NCBI GenBank assembly: GCA_963778655.1
Contig: CAVZVA010000005.1
Span: 480,001-544,000 of the forward strand
Source: an uncultured delta proteobacterium
Lineage (GTDB): Bacteria > Myxococcota_A > Polyangia > Polyangiales > JAFGIB01
Reading direction: 5' to 3'
Length of the DNA: 64,000 nt
A program made the position numbers and the translations under genes. How positions within the stretch are numbered: the stretch's first letter is position 1; every line of letters begins with the position of its first letter. The notes beneath the pieces are model-generated. The model was given only the letters and a program-made list of their open reading frames with translations, had not been told where the DNA came from and made no database searches. Of the stretch, positions 59,156 to 64,000 are shown in pieces.

Positions 59156-60988
59156 CTACCGTCCGAGCTTGCGCTCCAGCTCGTCGAGCCCGACCGCGTG
59201 CACCACGGGCCGCCCGTGCGGGCAATGGCCCGCGAAGTCGGACACCTCGTCCAAGCCGCGCAGCAGCGCCTCGGCCTGTTCGATCGGCAGCGTATCGCCG
59301 GCCCGGATCGCGCCGTGGCAGGCCATGGTGGCGAGCGCGCGGTCGACGGCGGCCGAGAACGCGCGCCCCGAGGCGCGCTCCAGCTCGCCCAGCAGGTCGC
59401 GGAGCAGTCGTTCGGGCGCGGCGCGCGCCAGCAGCGAGGGCACGCTGTGCACGGCCACACTGGTCGGTCCGAGCAGCGTGCAATCGAGCCCCAGCGCGAG
59501 CAGTGTCTCGCGCTGGCTCTCCACCAGCGCGGCCTCGACCTCGCTGCACTCCACGCGCTCCGGAAACAGCAGCTGCTGGGCCTTGACCTCGCGCGCCTGA
59601 TACGCGCGCCGCAGCTTGTCGAAGCGAATGCGCTCGTCTGCTGCGTGCTGATCGATCACGTACAGGGCGTCCGCGCCCTCGCACACCAGCAGCATGCGCC
59701 GCACCTGCCCGAGCACGCGCAGCGCGCCGAAGAAGCCGCGCTCGAGCAGAGGCTGCTGCGGCGGCGCCTCGGGTCGCAGCGCCACGCTCGGGTGAAACGG
59801 GCTTTGCTCGGCGACGCGCATGTCGTCCCCGTCCGCGGCGGCCGCGGCAGGCGAGCCGCCCAGGCCCCACGGATCGCCCTGCGAAAGCGAAGCGCTCGCC
59901 GTGGCCTCGGCCTGCGCCGGCTCGGCGCTCGCCGCCTGCGGGGCCGGCGCGCCCTGCAGCCGCTGCTGCCAGTAGTCCTGTCCGCGGCGCGCGGGCCCGC
60001 TCCAGGCCGAGGTGCCCAGCTGCTTGGCCAGCAGGCGCGTGACCGCATCGAGCACGCCGCGGCCGTCGCGAAAGCGCACCTCGAGCTTCTGAGGATGGAC
60101 GTTGACGTCGACCTGATCCGGCGCGACTTGCAGGCACAGCGCGCCCAGCGGATAGCGTCCCGGCGGCAGCACGCTGCCGTAGGCGTAGGCGACCGCGCGC
60201 GCCAGCGAGGCATCGCGCACCGGCCGGCCGTTGACGAACAAGTGCAACCCGACGGCGCCGTTGCGCGCGCGCTCCGGTGCGCCCAGCGCGCCCATGATCG
60301 CCACGCCGTCGCGCTCCGCCTCGACCGAGACCAGGGCCTCGGCCGCGAAGACCGCCTGGGCGCGCTCCAGAAACGAGCCCGCGCGTGGGTAATGCCGCGT
60401 GGGACGACCGTCGCTGCTCAGCGCCAGCGCCAGCTCGGGGTGGGCGAGGGCAGTGCGCGTGCAGACCGCCGCCACGTGTCCGCTCTCGGTCGCGCGCGAC
60501 TTGAGGAACTTGAGCCGGGCCGGCACATTGAAGAACAGATCGCGCACCTCGACCACCGTGCCGGCCGCGCAGCCGATCTCCCGCAGCTGCGGCTCGCCGC
60601 CGCCTTCGATCGTCACCTCCGTGCCCGCAAGCGCCGCGCGCGGCCGGCTGAGCAGCAGGAAGCGCGACACCGAGGCGATCGAGGGCAGGGCCTCGCCGCG
60701 AAAGCCGAGCGTGGCGATCGATTGCAGATCCTCGACTGCGCGCAGCTTGCTGGTGGCGTGGCGACGCACGCACAGCGCGGCGTCCTCGGGTGACATCCCG
60801 GCCCCGTCGTCGACCACGCGGATGCGGGCGCAGCCCCCGCTCTCGATCTCGACCTGGACGCGGGCGGCGCCGGCGTCCACGGCGTTTTCGAGCAGCTCCT
60901 TGACCACACTGGCCGGCCGCTCCACCACCTCGCCGGCAGCGATTTGGTCGACCAGGGCGTCGGGCAATACGTGGATCAGAGCCGGCAC
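59156..60988 (-). CDS. mutL: DNA mismatch repair protein MutL (endonuclease-motif type)
   Basis: IAAGEVVERPASVVKELLENAVDAGA, HATSK, GFRGEAL, VDVNVHP, DQHAADER, ACH, CPHGRP. Confidence 0.97.
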   Translation of the reverse strand: MPALIHVLPDALVDQIAAGEVVERPASVVKELLENAVDAGAARVQVEIESGGCARIRVVDDGAGMSPEDAALCVRRHATSKLRAVEDLQSIATLGFRGEALPSIASVSRFLLLSRPRAALAGTEVTIEGGGEPQLREIGCAAGTVVEVRDLFFNVPARLKFLKSRATESGHVAAVCTRTALAHPELALALSSDGRPTRHYPRAGSFLERAQAVFAAEALVSVEAERDGVAIMGALGAPERARNGAVGLHLFVNGRPVRDASLARAVAYAYGSVLPPGRYPLGALCLQVAPDQVDVNVHPQKLEVRFRDGRGVLDAVTRLLAKQLGTSAWSGPARRGQDYWQQRLQGAPAPQAASAEPAQAEATASASLSQGDPWGLGGSPAAAAADGDDMRVAEQSPFHPSVALRPEAPPQQPLLERGFFGALRVLGQVRRMLLVCEGADALYVIDQHAADERIRFDKLRRAYQAREVKAQQLLFPERVECSEVEAALVESQRETLLALGLDCTLLGPTSVAVHSVPSLLARAAPERLLRDLLGELERASGRAFSAAVDRALATMACHGAIRAGDTLPIEQAEALLRGLDEVSDFAGHCPHGRPVVHAVGLDELERKLGR

Positions 60989-61180
60989 GAGCGGAAGCTA
61001 GCATGGGCCCGGCGCCCCAGAAACGAGCCGGAAGCAAAGTGATTTCGCTAACTTCGCCCCGGTCGTTTCGTTGACGCTGGCAGTGCCTGTAGACTACATG
61101 ACCTAGCGAGATTCGGAGGCCACATCATGGGGATCAGCCCGAATCACCCGCGTTGACGCAGGTGCCCCGCGTGCTCAGCC

Positions 61181-62877
61181 ATGCTTGCGAGCATCAAGAC
61201 ATGCCGCGCTTGCGGTAGGACCTTCACCGCGGGTGAGATCTTCTGCCCGGCGGATGGCTCTCGGCTGCTGACCCAGAGCCGCGGTGATACCGCGCTCGAT
61301 CCGCTGATCGGCAGCACGCTCGACGGCCGCTACCGCATCCTGCGTGTGCTCGGCGAAGGCGGGATGGGCATCGTCTACGAGGGCGAGCACACGCTGATCG
61401 AGCGCCGGGTCGCGGTCAAGGTCCTGCGCGAGGACTTCTGCCGGCGAGCCGACGTGGTCGAGCGCTTCCGGCGCGAGGCCAAGAGCGCGTCGCGCATCGG
61501 GCACCCGAACATCGTGGACGTGCTCGACTTCGGCCTGACGCCGAACGGCGCGAGTTACTTCGTGATGGAGATGCTGCACGGCGAGGATCTCGCCGACGTG
61601 TTGGCTCGCGGCGGGGCGCTGCGGCCCGAGCGCGCGGTGCTGATCGCCTACCAGTGCTGCCATGCGCTGGCTGCGGCCCACGACAAGGGCATCATTCACC
61701 GCGACCTGAAACCGGAGAACATCTTCCTGATCGAGCGCGAGGGGGTCGCCGATTTCGTCAAGATCGTCGACTTCGGCGTGGCCAAGATGACCGATCTGGA
61801 GCTCGAGCCCGCGCCCGCCTCCGGCGGCGAGCGCCAGGCCAAGCTGACGCGTACCGGGATGATCTTCGGCACGCCCGAGTACATGTCGCCGGAGCAGGCC
61901 GCCGGCCTGCCTCCCGATCACCGCGTCGACATCTACGCCCTCGGCATCACTCTGTATGAGCTGCTCACCGGCCGCGTTCCGTTCGAAGGCGAGAGCTTCA
62001 TGTCCGTGCTGTCCAAGCACGCGAACAAGCCGGTTCCGGCCCTGCGCGAGGTGCGCCCGCTGCTGGAGGTGAGCCCGGCGCTGGAGGCGGTGGTACTGCG
62101 CGCGCTGTGCAAGCCGCGCGCCCAGCGCTTCCAGCACATGCGCGAGGTCGCCGCCGCCTTGCTGGAGACGCCCGAGCTGCCGGCGCTGCCGTTTCGGCTT
62201 TCGCTGCCCACGCCTGCGCGCGCCTCGGCGTCGTCGCCACCACGCGCGCCGGCGTTGCAGCTGCCGCCGCCGGCTGCTGCCGGCGTGGCGGCGCCGCCAC
62301 CGGCCCCGAGCGGCTCGCGGGTCGCCAACGACGTCGAGCTGCCGGTGGCGCCCTCGGCGCCCGCGCGCGTGCGGCCGCCGCGCCCGCGCCGCGTGCAGGC
62401 CATCGCGCTGGCCGCGGGCCTGGTCGCGGCCGCGCTGCTCGCGGTGATCTACCTGGCGGCCAGCCGGCGCTCGGGCGCTGCGACGGTCGCGCGCGATGAG
62501 GGCGCCGCGCTCGCGCCGGCGGCGCGTGCCGCCCCCGAGCTTACGCGCACCGCCCGCGATCCCGAGCAGCAGCCGGCCGTTGCCGAGAACGGAGAGCCGC
62601 CGCTCGATTCTGGTCACCGTGCGGGTCACCACCCAACCAGGAGGGGCGAGCGTGCGCACCGCCGACGGCAGCGAGGTCTGCGCCAGCACGCCTTGCACCT
62701 TCGACGCAGTGCGCGGCGCGCCGCTCTCACTGCAGGCCCGCCGTGGCCCGCGCGAGGCCACGACCACCCTGCGGCCGCGCGCCGCCACCGAGCTGCACCT
62801 GGTCCTCGATGCCAAGTCGAGCAAGCCAGCGCGCCGCAAGGGCGACGATCTCCAAGGTCCCCGCTATCTTCCGCTGA
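61181..62877 (+). CDS. Ser/Thr kinase (Zn ribbon, kinase, TM, PEGA) with two apparent +1 frameshifts
   Basis: CRAC..CPAD, GEGGMG, HRDLKPEN, DFG, GTPEYMSPE; PEGA-like domain continues in another frame after ~62609 and again shifts at ~62853 to end DDLKVPAIFR* at 62877. The uncorrected ORF ends at 62971. Confidence 0.8.
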
Positions 62878-62958
62878 GATCCCACCAGCACCAGGTCGCA
62901 CTCATGCCCGCACGGGCACGCGTACGCGTAACCGCAGTCGTCCTCGTCCCCGCTCCGG

Positions 62959-64000
62959 CTACCCCAGATAGAACACCGTGACCGCGTCGCCGCCCTCGCT
63001 GGCGTCGGCCGGGCGGCTCTCGCGCACGTGGGGCAGCGCGTGCTTGAGGTGCTTGCGCACCGCGTCGCGCAGCGCGCCCGTGCCGTGGCCGTGGAGCACG
63101 TAGCCCACGCGCAGGTCGGTGGTCGACAGCCGGTCGATGAAGCTCTCCATCAGGCTCAGCGCGTCGTCGACGCGCATGCCCTTGAGGTTGAGCGTGTTGT
63201 CTTGCGTGCGGGCGAGCACGATCACGGGCTCGGGCGCGCGCGGCAGCGTGGCCGGGGCCGGCGCCGGATCCGCCGGGCTCAGGTCGCTGCGCTGTACCCA
63301 CAGCTTGAGCGGGCCGACCGCAACGCGCACGCGGCCCTTGCTCGCTTCCTCGATCACGACCGCGTCAGAGCGCAGCCGCGCTACGTGCACGCGCGCGCCG
63401 GGACGGATCGCCTCGGGGTCGAGCGGCGCGCGCGCGCCTGTGGTGGCCGGCGCAGACGGCGCCAAATCGCCCCCGAGGGCGACCCGCGCCGCCACCGCGC
63501 TTGCACGCTTTTCGGCCTCGGCCAGCTCCTGCCTGCCCGCGTCCGCGCGTTTGGCCAGCGCGCGCGCGCCGGCGATCTCGGCACGCGCCTGGCCGACCTC
63601 GTGCTGCAGCACAGCGATCTCGCGCGTGACCGCCGCGTCGCCCTCGCGCCGCTGGCGCGCCAGCAGCGCCTGGGCTTCCGCGCGCGCGGCTTGCAACGCG
63701 GTCCGCTCGCGCTCGAGCGCGTCGCGCTCGGCCTGCAGCCGCCGCATTCGCTCGGCGAGCTCGGCGGCCAGACGCTCGAAATCGCCGGCCTGCTGCGGCA
63801 GCACGCGCCGCGCGAACGCCAGCACCGGCTCGGGCACCCCGAAGCGCCGCGCAACCACCAGCGCGCTCGACACGCCCGGCACGTCCATGGTCAGCGCGAA
63901 GGTCGGCTCCATGCGCTCGAGGTCGAAGCCCACCGAGGCCGAGCGCAGCCTGGCGTCGCTGAGCGAGAACGCCTTGAGCTGCTCGTAGTGCGTAGTGACC
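62959..64000 (-). CDS. mutS2: Endonuclease MutS2, C-terminal part (5' end outside window)
   Basis: TTHYEQLK, ASVGFD, PGVSSAL, coiled coil, KOW-like region, Smr domain (LNLKGMRVDDA..HGHGTGALR..EGGDAVT). Confidence 0.93.
   Translation of the reverse strand, partial: VTTHYEQLKAFSLSDARLRSASVGFDLERMEPTFALTMDVPGVSSALVVARRFGVPEPVLAFARRVLPQQAGDFERLAAELAERMRRLQAERDALERERTALQAARAEAQALLARQRREGDAAVTREIAVLQHEVGQARAEIAGARALAKRADAGRQELAEAEKRASAVAARVALGGDLAPSAPATTGARAPLDPEAIRPGARVHVARLRSDAVVIEEASKGRVRVAVGPLKLWVQRSDLSPADPAPAPATLPRAPEPVIVLARTQDNTLNLKGMRVDDALSLMESFIDRLSTTDLRVGYVLHGHGTGALRDAVRKHLKHALPHVRESRPADASEGGDAVTVFYLG

Overview
High-GC (about 70% by eye) chromosomal segment of a myxobacterium, probably Polyangia-like; this rests on an mglB-mglA pair, Cys-rich lipoproteins, Hanks kinases and an FHA-sigma54 activator. 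It is densely coding, about 50 genes. Housekeeping loci: murA-like, uup, queG, obgE, yceD-rpmF-fabH-fabG-acpP-fabF-rpiB, mglBA, sppA, gcvT-gcvH, mutL-miaA, mutS2. The first 21 kb are rich in secreted or surface lipoproteins (beta-propeller, Cys-repeat, IgGFc-binding, M64-like peptidase, GH12, Ig-like). I found no transposase, phage, CRISPR, tRNA or rRNA. The most unusual signals are: (1) CTAG-ended, MITE-like palindromic elements with different arms around a shared core, one supplying the likely RBS of a downstream gene and one overlapping the fabF stop codon; (2) a second palindromic repeat family with ACAGGAAGRCGGGAAG arms, five copies; (3) an ~185-nt rod-shaped 6S-like RNA candidate; (4) a recurring -10 box 6-9 nt before start codons, suggesting leaderless mRNAs; (5) several enzymes with altered catalytic residues; (6) a kinase gene with two single-base insertions. 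All product calls come from motif recognition by eye; no database searches were run.
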